A stretch of 64,000 nucleotides of DNA, taken from the NCBI RefSeq assembly GCF_009914755.1, contig NC_060942.1; one strand, written 5' to 3'. Shown here piece after piece: positions 27,206 through 39,735 of the stretch; position 1 is the stretch's first letter, and each line of letters begins with the position of its first letter. The notes under the pieces are model-generated. The model was not told the DNA's origin. It was given only the letters and a program-made list of their open reading frames with translations, and ran no database searches. Source of the stretch: the human T2T-CHM13v2.0 reference genome, Homo sapiens. The translations under genes and the position numbers were made by a program.

Positions 27206-29030
27206 TTAGATGTCATATTCTAAAGAAAATCCTTGAAAGTTAATTTTTCTCAAGCTCCTCACAAAATTTCCAATAAATGAATTATCTTATGGCTTTAAAA
27301 AATGATATTTTTTCCAAGTAATTAGTTTCTTTGATGGTCTTTTTTATCTTTTGATGTTCAAATAAGAACTGGAAGAGTCTGTTCATTTTATAGAGATTTA
27401 AAATTCTTCTTAGTACAACTTCTACTCTAATTTGTATGCAATTTTCAGAAGGTCTTGTCAAGTAGTTAGGCATTTAATGCATGCTGAAACTATTAATCTA
27501 CTTATGAAATTAAAATAATAACTTCCCTGGCGAAGTGAAAGACTTTTTTAGGAAGAATTTCTATCAACCAAAAATGCCAGGACTTTTGGTGCTTATTTTT
27601 TAAATAACTTATGATACTTGATTATACCTGTAATTTTATTTGTCTCAATAGAGTATTTTTTTCTTAATAAGAATTATAAGTTTCCAAGCTTACCTTTATT
27701 CCCGTAGGTACAGTTCCTACATTGAAAATGTCCAGAATATTATGTAAACCTTGACTGCTCTCTCGATGGCACCCAGCCTTCATCACTTACATGGCTGAGT
27801 TTGTTCATTCTTAAAACAGTCTTTGGATTTTAAACTAAAATATTTATCAAACCCAAGTCTATAGTAAGTGTCCACTAAATGAGCAAACAGGACCATGTAA
27901 AACTAATGTCTTTCTTTAAGTGGAAAGTTAACACTTCTTAAAGCATAAGCTGACTCCTTACTATTCCTATTTTTTAATTAATTTTGGTTTTTAAAAAGAT
28001 TAGGCCATCCTAAGCAGAAAACTATAAACAAAATTGCTGGTATATAAAAGCATAGAATTTGGAATTAAATCCAGGAAACCAAAGGGCACAGAGCTGAAGA
28101 CCCAAGAATTCTCCTTTCATTGCGTGAACTGCATTGCCATTCATGGCAGGTAAAACTGTCTGAAACAAAGACCTGAAGTCCTTAGGTGAGTGGCAGTAGA
28201 AGCTGCTGCCAGTGTTGCCTAGCAGGAAAGGAACTTGGAGCAATCAGGGAATCAGAGGTGCTGTGGACCAAAAGCCCATATGGGAATCCTTGTGCTTCTC
28301 CAGAGCCTAGTGAGAGCCACCTCACTCCACCTTTACGTTTCATTTTAAACTTCTTTTTCACAATAGTAGGAAGTTACATTAAAAACAAACATCCTATAGA
28401 TGAGAACATATGATTTCTAAGGTTTTCTTTCAAACAATATGAGAGGGGGAAAAAGAAGATGAACCTGGATGAAGCAAAATTATGCTAAAGCTGGGCAAAG
28501 GGTACACAGAGGTTCATTATAGGTACTATTCTGTCTGCTGTTGTACACTTGGAAAAGTTTCCATCATGATTTTAAAATGCAAATATTATAAAGGCTGAGT
28601 TGATGTAAATGTTTATATTACTAATAATACTTAGGAGGTAAGCTTTACTTATATATACCATAGTTATTCTGTCTTACCCTCCTACCTATTGCTCCAGCTT
28701 TTTCTCACCAGGCTCTCCCCTGCAGCCTCTGTGCTCAGGCTACACCAGCTGACTTTTTGTTGTTGTTATTTCAATCTCAGCTTTTCTCTCTCACCCCAGG
28801 ACCTTTGCATATGCCATTTCCCCATTCCGGGTTCTCTTCTTTCCTCACTTATTCCTAAACCCAACAACTACTTACTACCTCACTAGTACACCAAATTGTA
28901 TTGTTAGGTACTAGACTGATTCTCATTCCATTCAGTTCCCATTCAGGTTGGGTTGCTCACTGCCTGTTCTCCTGTGATGAAAGTCAGGGCATGTGCCTTT
29001 CTCAGCTTTGGACACAACTTATGAAGATAG

Positions 29031-29370
<340 letters not shown>

Positions 29371-31933
29371 TCATTTTTTAAATATTGGAGAAACTGGCCA
29401 AATGAGAGTTGGAGTAATCCTGAAGGAGGCAAGGGACCATGAGACTAGAGATTGCCTAACCCTGTTGGGGGGAAAAAAGAACTCTAAAAATTTTAGACAT
29501 TATGTGGACCAAACAAAATAGGTTTATGGACAACACTGAGCCTGTGGGCAGTCCATAGCTATGGATTTGGAAGTGTGAGTGATTATAGAGTAAGAAAGAA
29601 AAAGGAATCTGTCTTTGTTGAACTCTCCATAACTGATACCTTTATTTGAAATGTGGCTTATTGGCAACAGCCCAAGATATTATTTAAATTGTGAATACTA
29701 ATACCCTGCTTTAAAATGTGATCCCAGCGATCTCTAAGAACAAACTGTTAATGGAGAGAGATGATCTGTATCTGTCAGTTCAGTTTCCCATTATGAGTTC
29801 ATGTGTAATTTAATAAAATGTTCAGACTATTCATGGCTTTCAAAATATATTATTTTTGTTACAAATGTATTTTGCCTGATTTTTAATATTCTCCATTTCT
29901 TCTTCTAATTAATCATATTAATCAATTAAAATAGAAAACGAGTCCTGCTCAGTGTAAAATAACCTCAAGCCCATGCTGTTTAATTTTATAAAGTACTCAT
30001 AATGAAAAAGAATAATTTAGCTAATCAAATAACAACTTCCTTTTTCCTTACCTATCTTAAGACAACTGATCTTCTGTAATCACTCCTTCAGCCTAAGAAT
30101 CTATTCCGAGCTAGACCTATCAGTAGCAAAATGCATTAATATGAATGCTTTAGAGCTGGAAAGCTGAGAGTGCCTGCCTTCTTTATGTAACTAGCGATAG
30201 AACAGAGCAACTTGTCACTTGGTGAATTTAAATGTCTATGGGAAGAAACTATGGAATATCTTTATGATGATGAAATTATCTATGTGGAATGTTTCTTAAC
30301 AAACTTGGTTATCTCAAAAATGATAGGACCAGTATCAAGGCAAATATGGGATAGTGTGGAGACTGCATACAGAGATTATTCCCAAAGGAGTGAACTTTCT
30401 TAAGCTAATTTTAAAATTAATATTAAAGCTTGAATTTTGGCCAAAAGTGGAAATTAACATATTTTTAACAAAACTCTGAAAAGGTCTATGTCTTAATTAG
30501 GAGTATGAATTGGAAGTTAACATTAGGGCCACACGGAACATATAACGGTGATGGAGAACTATTCCAGGTAAAAGATAGTAATTATTTTGAAAAATGATGT
30601 AATGCAAACCTAGTCAAATGAAGGTATGATGAACCAGACATTTTCTGGCGCATTGTCTTCCTCAGTCTTGTCCTGTGACTTCTCTAAGCCAATTCAGTCA
30701 ATTCCCAAATATTTCACTGAACTAGAAGTTCAGGGATACGATAGTTAAAAGAACCTACAGCATGCATTTGGTAAGTTTCTCATGAAGAGACATGTCCCAG
30801 GTCTGGATAGTTGTTTGTCCTCATTTGGGGCTTGAATGAGAGCAGTAGGTAAACCATACTGATGTTTTGATAGATAATGATCCTTGCTGATTCAAACTAC
30901 AAGCTGACTCACTGCTGTAATAACCTAACATTTTCTGAAATTCTACACCTCCCAAACTCAAACCCAAAGCTCTATTGCTGGTAATTGACTATATATTATA
31001 TCTGTTTTTACATATGTGACAAATAGTCTAGATGAAATGGAGTAATTTGAGGGAAGAAACAAGGTACTTAGTAGATGAATAAATTGGTCTCCTTAGAAGG
31101 AAAGTTTAAAAGCTGGTTATTTTGGAAATACTCAGATTGTTTAAATATGCATCTATGAACTTAAGAAATTCTTATAGCAAGAATTTGGAATTGAGAAAAT
31201 AATTTTTCTCGAGTTTCTACCTAATACTTAGCTCTTATCAAAAAACAATTTGGCATATGGATGCCAAGGTTGACATAGTAATCAATTTAATTTTTTTCTT
31301 TTATTTTCTTTTGGAATGATGCCATCTGCTATAATGAGATGAGGCTGCCTGGAAAAATTGTAAAGTTGCTGACCACTCTTGAAGCCACATCATCCAGTAC
31401 TGTGATTTTAAATTTTTATTATCGTAAAAAGTGTGACGTCGTGTCTAGGGTAAAGGCTCTTAAAAAATTGAATTTGTATCAAAAGAAATGCAGAAATGTA
31501 TCTAATTTCCCTCCATCTCCCAGGATAGGCCTTTTCAGCTTTTAACTCTGTAAATGCTCCATTTTAAGTGTGTTAGCAAAGCATTTTTGTTCAGGCTGTC
31601 AAAAGGAGCTTTTGTCTAGGGAAGATGGTGGGATGCGGGAGGGAGATGAGTGTGTGTTTTTCCTGTTCATCCGAATTTATAGGAAACCCCTTCACAGGAA
31701 TGATATTTTCCTGTAAAGTGATCAGTCATCTCAGAGGATAATCTTCGGATTACTGGATACATATTTGGCAGAAATCAAACAGATAAATTGTTGCCAGTCA
31801 ATTGTAGGCAGGTGCCTGGGGAGACATAGTGTTCCTCACTAGTATACCGCTTACTTTATATTGTCGTTGATTTGAATGGAACAAGTGTCATCGCTCATCT
31901 GTTACTCTTTATTTATTTTTTTCATCCATTACT

Positions 31934-32247
31934 TTTTTTTTCTTTTTTTTTTTTTTCTTCTTGAGACAGGGTCTCACTGTGTCACCCAGTCTAGAGGGCA
32001 GTGTCACCATCTTGGCTCATTGCAGCCTCGACCTCCTGGGCTCAAGCAATCCTCCCACCTCAGCCCCACAAGTAGCTAGGACTACAGGCATACGCCACCA
32101 CGCCTGGCTAATTTTTTTGTATTCTTTCTGTAGAGATGGGGTTTCTCCATGTTGGCCAGGCTAGTCTCGAACTCCTGAGCTCAAGCGATTTGCCTGCCTC
32201 AGCCTCCCAAAGTGCTAGGATTACAGGCTTGAGCCACTGCACCAGCC
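31934..32247 (-). mobile_element. AluJ
   Basis: J diagnostics gcagcctcgacctcctgggctcaagcaatcctccc. TSD catccattact / cattcattact. Confidence 0.93.
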
Positions 32248-35200
32248 CATTCATTACTATTTAAAGGGGCATTTTCATTGTATTCTGTGTGTGTTATGTA
32301 TGTATGTATGTATGAAGTAAATGAAAATCCTTGGAAACATGTGAGTTTTGTTATGCTTGTAGCATTTCTGAGTTACTTGTTCAATGATTCTGTTAAATTT
32401 TTACCATTAAATGTGCTCTCTCATCTTTTTTAAAAAAAGAGTTTGTTCACATAAGTCCTGGGAATTTTTTCTTTTTGTGTGTTTTCTCTCCTAAAGTTTT
32501 CCCTGAAAAATTTAATTGCAAACTCTTATGACGTTGGCTGAATATGTTTACTTTTGCAAGGGCATAATTGAATAGGTTCTGTGCTTTTAAAATAAGTAGC
32601 AAGATTTTCAGCATCCTATCTTGGTAAACCATCTATCCATGAACTATACCCTGTAGTGATCATTATGGGAAGAAAAATCCCATTGCATGCTACTCTAGCA
32701 CACATTCAGTCTTTCAAACCCACTAATAGCATAGCTTCTCTTCATTCTAGCATCCAGAGTTCTAGGCTTCAAGATTTTAACAGAGGATTTTGCAAACTCA
32801 CCAGAGGCTAGACAGTGTTAAATTTCTAGTAATTTATTAATTCTTTCAACAAAAATTTCAGGAACCAGTGGTGCATTTCTCACGTGAATTAAATTATCAA
32901 ATTTAGAATCTAAGTTGCTAAAACAATTTAGTTTTTTTAGTTGCTCTTCGTATTTGTTGTGTTGAAATAATTTAAGCTAGAATATGAGAGAAAAAAAACT
33001 TCCTTTTGAAACTCAGACTTCTATATTTTCTGAGTCTGGTATAAAGCTAAGGATATTAAATTCTGAAAGGGGTTACTGGTGTGCTTAGTAACTGCCTATA
33101 GTTATAGGATAAATTAAGATAGAGGAGGACATTGAGAAACCTTTTGGTAAAATCCTGCCTATTTCCTCAGAAACACACATTTTACCTGAATTCATAGGAT
33201 GGGTTCCTCTTCAAAATGCTTATTCCCTGATATTCCATGGCAGAAACAAGTTTTTAAGGGTATGAAATATGTGGTTTCATTTAAGCATGGTATAAATGAT
33301 TGTAGAATGTGTAGCATCTATTAGGGTTGGGGAAGGATCTGATTGATAGTCAGAATTGCATACTACTGAAAGTAGATCTACATGTACTAAGAAGTATGTT
33401 CCGTACATCACTCATTCTGTATTCAGTAAACACTGCTGAGATTATTTGACATCACAGTTTTTTTCTAAGTCATGTTCATAATCGCCTATTTTTGAACTTT
33501 TCCTAGTTCTAACTAAATTCGTAGATTTGCTTTTCTTTCATCCTCCACCTCCAGTCATTCATCCCAAATTTCTAAAATTTAGTCTTTTATACCACAAAAC
33601 ATTACAAAGTTATTTTCACTTGAGATTTCATGAGAACTACTAGAACCCACAGGGATCCTCCCTGTTTCTGATGTTCCTCTGACCTCTGCCTCCTGTCTGT
33701 GTGTACTACATCCCCAGACTGAGTCCCAGCGTCAGCTCTCTGAGCTTGGTGTGATGTGTGCATGTCCGTGGGTTCCTTTCCCAAGGCATTGTCATGGAGA
33801 TAGAATGGGGTCTGCAGGTGAAGAGCTATTTTGTCCATTGTGCTATACATATAGAAGCTGGGCTCCACAGAGCAGGTGGTTGGAATTAATGCACATTTGG
33901 TAGCTGGGCCACTTGTTTTTTTTCAGGCGTAATGATTCCAAAGGTCAGAATAGAGCAATAATTTGAGATGTGCCAAAGGGATATGGAGCATCAGCATGTC
34001 CCACTTTTTAAAGTGAGTTTAGAAGTATTTAATAAGGAGCTGACTGTGATCTCTTCTTACCCTGATTAATTTACACATGAATTAAAAATTTCCTGTAATA
34101 TAAATTGATTGAGAATCTGTTTCTGCTCCTAAATTGTTCATCAAGCATCTACTGTCTGTGTGAGAGCTGGTAACTGCTTCTTTTTTTCTTTTTTCTTTTT
34201 TAGGTGAACCTAATTAAAAGGAAAGATTAGATTCTATATAAAGCATGCTCTTTTGTGCATATAATTATAGAGAGAAGAAATAAGGGATTCATCTAATAGA
34301 TTCTGGGGCTTTGAAAGAGACTTTTGCATAGTTCATACATCATAGAAAGCATTTAGAAATTACATTTTCAGAAAGATAAAACAGTATTACGACCAAATTT
34401 ATCAGAGAGATTACATTTCTTAATTTGGAAATGTAAAATTTTTAGTAGTTTTGACAAATGGTTGTAACCAAAAGGTTATCAGCTAGGATAGAAATAAAAT
34501 TAGGCTGCTGGTAGATTAGGAAATCATGTAGAATTAGACGATGTCTGGTAAAAATTTTGTTTTCCTTTCAACTTTGAGGCAGTTAGTCTAATAGAACCCT
34601 CAGTGGAGTTAGAAGTGCCCAGAATTATTAGGAAGTGGGCAGGGGAGGCTGCCTCATTACTTCCTTCAGCTTTCAATCAGTACAAAATGGAGCTTAAAAT
34701 CAGGCTTTCAGCAGACAGCAGGATGTTCCATATCTACCTATCCACAAATATTCCTCATTATTTTTAGCCTGTAACTGTCATATAGCACTTAAACTTATTT
34801 TTAAATGCTTTGCTAATGTTTCACTTGAGTAGAAAAACGCACATGATATTCTATAAAATTTACCTGCAAATATACTAAAAAGAAGAAAAAAAAACTGGAT
34901 CTTTTCTAAGCTTAATACAAAAGGAGTAACAAAGAATAACATATCTTAACCAGAAACAGTATCATATGAATTTACTGTTAGTGAAAATTATGGAATTTAA
35001 ATACTTAATTTTCTGAGCATCTTAGAGTATGACTTGCATTGAGACCTTAAAAAATCAAATTTAAAACAAACCTGGATAAACAATGAATTGTTCAGAGGAA
35101 AGGAAACAATTACTTTTCAGAAACAACATATTCTTCTCCATGCTCCCTGGCAGAGTGTTTTCAACTATGATTTGATCAATAATCTCACAGTAGTGGCAGA

Positions 35201-38200
35201 TATAGAAAAAAATAAATGTTTATCACACTTGTAAACATCTCAGGCAAAGCCACAGTGTTTGCTGAGAAGACAACGTTCATTCTTGAATTTCCCCATGGGT
35301 CAGATCTGGGGGGCATTTACTATTTGACTTGTAAGGTTGGGTATTAATGACTCAAACCAGAAGTTAATGCATTATTGTAAATATTATGTGGGTGGGTTGT
35401 TTCCTGACAAAGTGAAATACAGAGTTATGCTGAATTATCCAAAGGGTGCTTATCTCTATTTGGACCAATAACGAAGACCTTGTCAACCAAAGGAGGTAGG
35501 GAAAAGTTGTTTATTTAGGGCTTCTTAAAAACAAACAGATATAACCTACAGCTTTTTTTAAAGCCTTTGAAAATTATTCACTCCTTGTAAAAAATATATT
35601 TTAATTCATCTTGGGATTTTTTTTGGCACTTGGATTGATCTCTAGATTCCATCTTTTTCAGAAGAAAGATGAATAAATTACTTAGAGTATAAACAGATGA
35701 GCAAATAGCGGCCTATAACAGTGGGATGTAAAATGTATATAGCAAGAGCTAAAAGTGTTGGAGAAGGTAATCAGCCTTTCTCCTTTGCAGTTTTTTAAAT
35801 TCAATTATATGTCTCCTGATTAAATCATAAACGTGTATGTGTCTGTGTTATAAAACTTTCCTTCCTCCTGGATCTGATATTAGATAAGCCATTTTTCTTG
35901 ATCATCTTTCCAGGAAGGATGAAGAGCAGCGGAGAAGCCACACTTCTTATCATGTATGGCTTTCTTTATGTTCTGTGCAAAACAAAGCAAAGGAGTGAAG
36001 ACAAATCAGGTGTATATTTGGACATCATGGGGCTTCTAAAACCTGGGAGGAGAGTGCTGAGGTCATTTTTCAAAAGTTTGATATCAAAAAGCCCCAAGGT
36101 ATAAGCAGTGAAGACTTAGGTATCCGTAATTTTTGTGCCTGTGTTACTCTCTCAGACCCATGAGAGATTGGGTTTAAACTCGGGTCTCTTGGGAGCTGTG
36201 CTCGTTCCCCAGGATTTTCACTGGGCATCACAGCAGCAAAGGTCAACTGCTGCCATCTCTCTGCACATATATTTGACTCTGCAATTGTAGGCATAATGCA
36301 GGTATTTTATGGGTTCTATTTGATAACATTGGGCCAAAGTAGACCTTCCTAAAACATGGGAGTCGGGGCATACTTCGTGGGACATAATGATCTGCAGGGA
36401 AAGAGTTAAACTCTATCAGCAGACTTGAAAACAGTGGTCTTAGTAGCTTTGAATTAATCGTTTAACTTCCGTACTTCTTTACTCTGCTGTTTGCTTTTAT
36501 AGCACATCCCACATAGAATTCTATTAAGGAATATGAGCTGAAGCTAGAAGGTCCACTTCAATGAGTTTGCCATCAAATGATACAATAACTGTTAAAATCT
36601 TTGTAAAATGTCATTATACAAAAGCAAGTCACTAAAAATTAAATGTACTAAATTGTGTACATAGAATGTCATCTTTCTTACCCAAGGAATAGTCTTTTTT
36701 TGTGGGTCTGAATGTGATTTAAGTGGCTATTTATATAAGAGAAATAAGTGATTATTCTACTTATAAAATGAGAGCATATATTTTAAAAATTTAAAAATAC
36801 TGAATACTTAAGAAATGGCAGGCCTTATTCTTGATTGTCCCAAGTTCTTGATGGTACATCGTAGCGCTTAATAGCTGAAGAAAACAAGCTTTTAGCAACA
36901 GTTTTTCCAACTACTAGTATGAATAATGTGTCATATATAAGGTATTATTTCCAATTTCCAATGTCTGGGGATGTCCTGCAGGAAGAAGTCAGAGTTATGA
37001 AAATATTTATGGAATCTTATATTCGCAAATATAGTGTGAAGAAGTTTACAGAGGCTGTCAGTGAAATGAAATCCTCACAGTATAACCTTTTAGTTTGATG
37101 TGAGGCTGCATGGCAAACAATAACAGAGTTCTAAGTCTTTTCATATTCTACAAAATCCATCTGGTTTCTTTGTACTGTGTGTGTTAGAAGAAGCCTGGTG
37201 AAGAATTTAGGGTTTGGGGGAATGTTTTTGAATACAGAAATATAGAAAAGTTAAATTTGTTAGATGGGTGGAGATATTAGAGATAAATATTTTAGGAATA
37301 AGTAAATATTAGGAAATATATATGAAGTAGTGATAATGGTTTATGTATTAAACTTCAGTTGAACAGAAAGAGAAATCCATAGAACTCTTTTAAACCACTT
37401 ATTCTGAGGTGACTAAAATAATAGGAAAGAGAAGTAAAAAATTATTTTTAATCTTTCTCCATGATGTCAGCCCCTATATTAGTCTGGGCTATCTAAGTCC
37501 TTGAAAAATCTCTAGAAAAAAGGGTGGTGGGCACTTATCAAGGAAAGATGTTCTTTGTGTTGACAGCTGAGAAAAGGTAGAGATATATTATAGTAGAGAA
37601 AACAACTAAGGAAAAATAACAGAAACTAATGCAAATTTAATGCTCTTACACTATCATCTTATACAATAAATCCAACAATACCAAGGAGACAAGAGGAAGG
37701 ATGGCAAGAAAAGTAGAAAACTGCAGAGAACCTTGTAGCTGGGGCAGAAATAGGACTGCTAGAAAACCCCCCTAGAGAACGGACCACCCAAGGCCTTGTC
37801 AAGATAGTTCTCTGAACAGAAGGGATCTCCCATCTTTTGACCGCTATGAGCTTCTCCTGTCAACAAAATTCCCTCCACTTCAGTTGCATTTGAGGCAGAA
37901 TTCTCTGTGACAAATTCCTATCCTCTGGACCTGGAACAGTGCTGCAGCTGGCCAGCGTACCACAATTTCCTCAGCTGGGAGCAGACTGGGCATGAAGAAT
38001 TGGAAGTATCCAAATATTTTTAGTCATAGAATAAGAGCTCTAGTATGGAAACATTCAGGGAGAATGTCAGTAAACCAAAATCCTGACAGTATAATCCTTC
38101 CCTTTATGAAGTAGTTTAAAAGAGATTTATTAGTATTTGTATTTAATTAACTAAAATCACATTTATACTTTTAAAAGCCTGTTATAAACCAGAAGTAATT

Positions 38201-38856
38201 CAGTGGCCAAGAAGAAGAGAAGGCTTAATGAATCGTATTCTTGCTGATTTCCACTGATCCTATATTATTTAATTTCCTGTTTTTCTTAATAAAAAAGGTG
38301 TCAATTAAGCACGATATAAAAATATTGATTTTTTTCTGCCTTCATTGAATATTATTTTTGTTTCCTGTGCCCCTTTGTTGGGTTATTTTAGCTATATGTA
38401 CCATATTCTGTAAAAAGATTTATTTTTTCTAATGGGCCATAATCATTTTGTTTTTTAGTGGTTTTGTAATCTATTTTTGGAAGAGAATTTGCTCATTGAA
38501 CATTTGTAAGCTCAAACAGCGCTATTTAACTGATTACTCTCTACTCACAAGCCTTCAGAGAAGAGGAAAGCCCTTTTAAAACTGCAGTGATGCACACAGG
38601 AAGTGCATGATTGTATTATTTTCTTATAGTTTGGTTGTTGTTCTAGAAAATGTTCAAAAGCTTTCTTCTTGTAAAAGCTAGACTGTCAATTCTGGGACTG
38701 TGCTGTTTATTAAAGATAGCTCTTAATAAATTTCTGGTGTAGAATCTTTAGCGTATAGAGGTTTATATATTCTGGAATTTTAAAAATATTTCTCTAAATT
38801 CTTTAGCTTTTCAGTTGAATATAAATATTAGTGGACAATAAGAGATGTAAATGTAG

Positions 38857-38990
38857 GGCCATGTATAGTGAATCCCAGCACTTTAGGAGGCCAACATGGG
38901 AGGATCAGTTGGGCCCAGGAGTTGGAGACCAGCCTGGACAACATAGTGTAAAACCATGAGACCCCATCTCTACAAAAGAGAGAGAGAAAG
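38857..38990 (+). mobile_element. FLAM-type Alu monomer
   Basis: Left-arm-only sequence atcccagcacttt..ggaggatc..gcccaggagttggagaccagcctgg..gaccccatctctac with an (AG)n tail. agatgtaa on both flanks. Confidence 0.8.
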
Positions 38991-39444
38991 ATGTAAGTTT
39001 ATGTTTAGGGCCCAAAAATAAAAACATTAAGAATGGTTTGGACAAGCAATCCTGAATCAATAGCTAGTAATATAAATTAAGCAAAAATGTCTAGCTTATA
39101 TTTAAAAAATATGTATATATCACTTGTGGCATACACAAATCTACTAGAGAGTGATGAACAAGAATTCAAGGAGAAGAACACTTCCAGCAGATTTACAGGA
39201 AAGGCATCCTTACCGAGAAATGGTAGCTTGTGGTTAAGTTTCCCCAAGGGAAATTGTGGGAGCACTGTCGGTTGAGACCTGATGGAAAACTTGAAAATGC
39301 GTTCTGGGGAACAGCCTTAGCCTTGTGCTCTCAATAGTGAGCCTTTTGCATGTTCATTTCTCAGTGGATCCAGGCAGGAGCAACAAAAGCTCCAACTCAC
39401 TCTTTCCTGATGTATCTATTTTTCTGTGCATGTGGCATAGGTAA

Positions 39445-39735
39445 CTGCCTTAATGAGGTAAAATACACATAAAATAACTTCACTTGTTTTAAGTGCACAG
39501 TTTGATAAGTGGTAGCAAATGTATACAACCATGTGACCACCACCATAATCAGGATAAGAACATATCCATTACCCAAAAAGTGTCCTTCTGCCCCTTTGCA
39601 GTCAGTCCTCTTCCCCTGACAATCACCAATCTTTCTTGCACTGTGGTTTTTGCCTGATTAAGAATTTTATATAAATGGAATCATACAGCATGTAACTGTT
39701 TGTGTCTAGCTTGTTTCTCTTAGCATCACGTTTAT
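39445..39735 (-). mobile_element. L1MB/L1ME 3' fragment
   Basis: ttttaagtgcacagtttgat..gtgaccaccaccataatcaggataagaacat..atataaatggaatcatacag. Confidence 0.8.
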
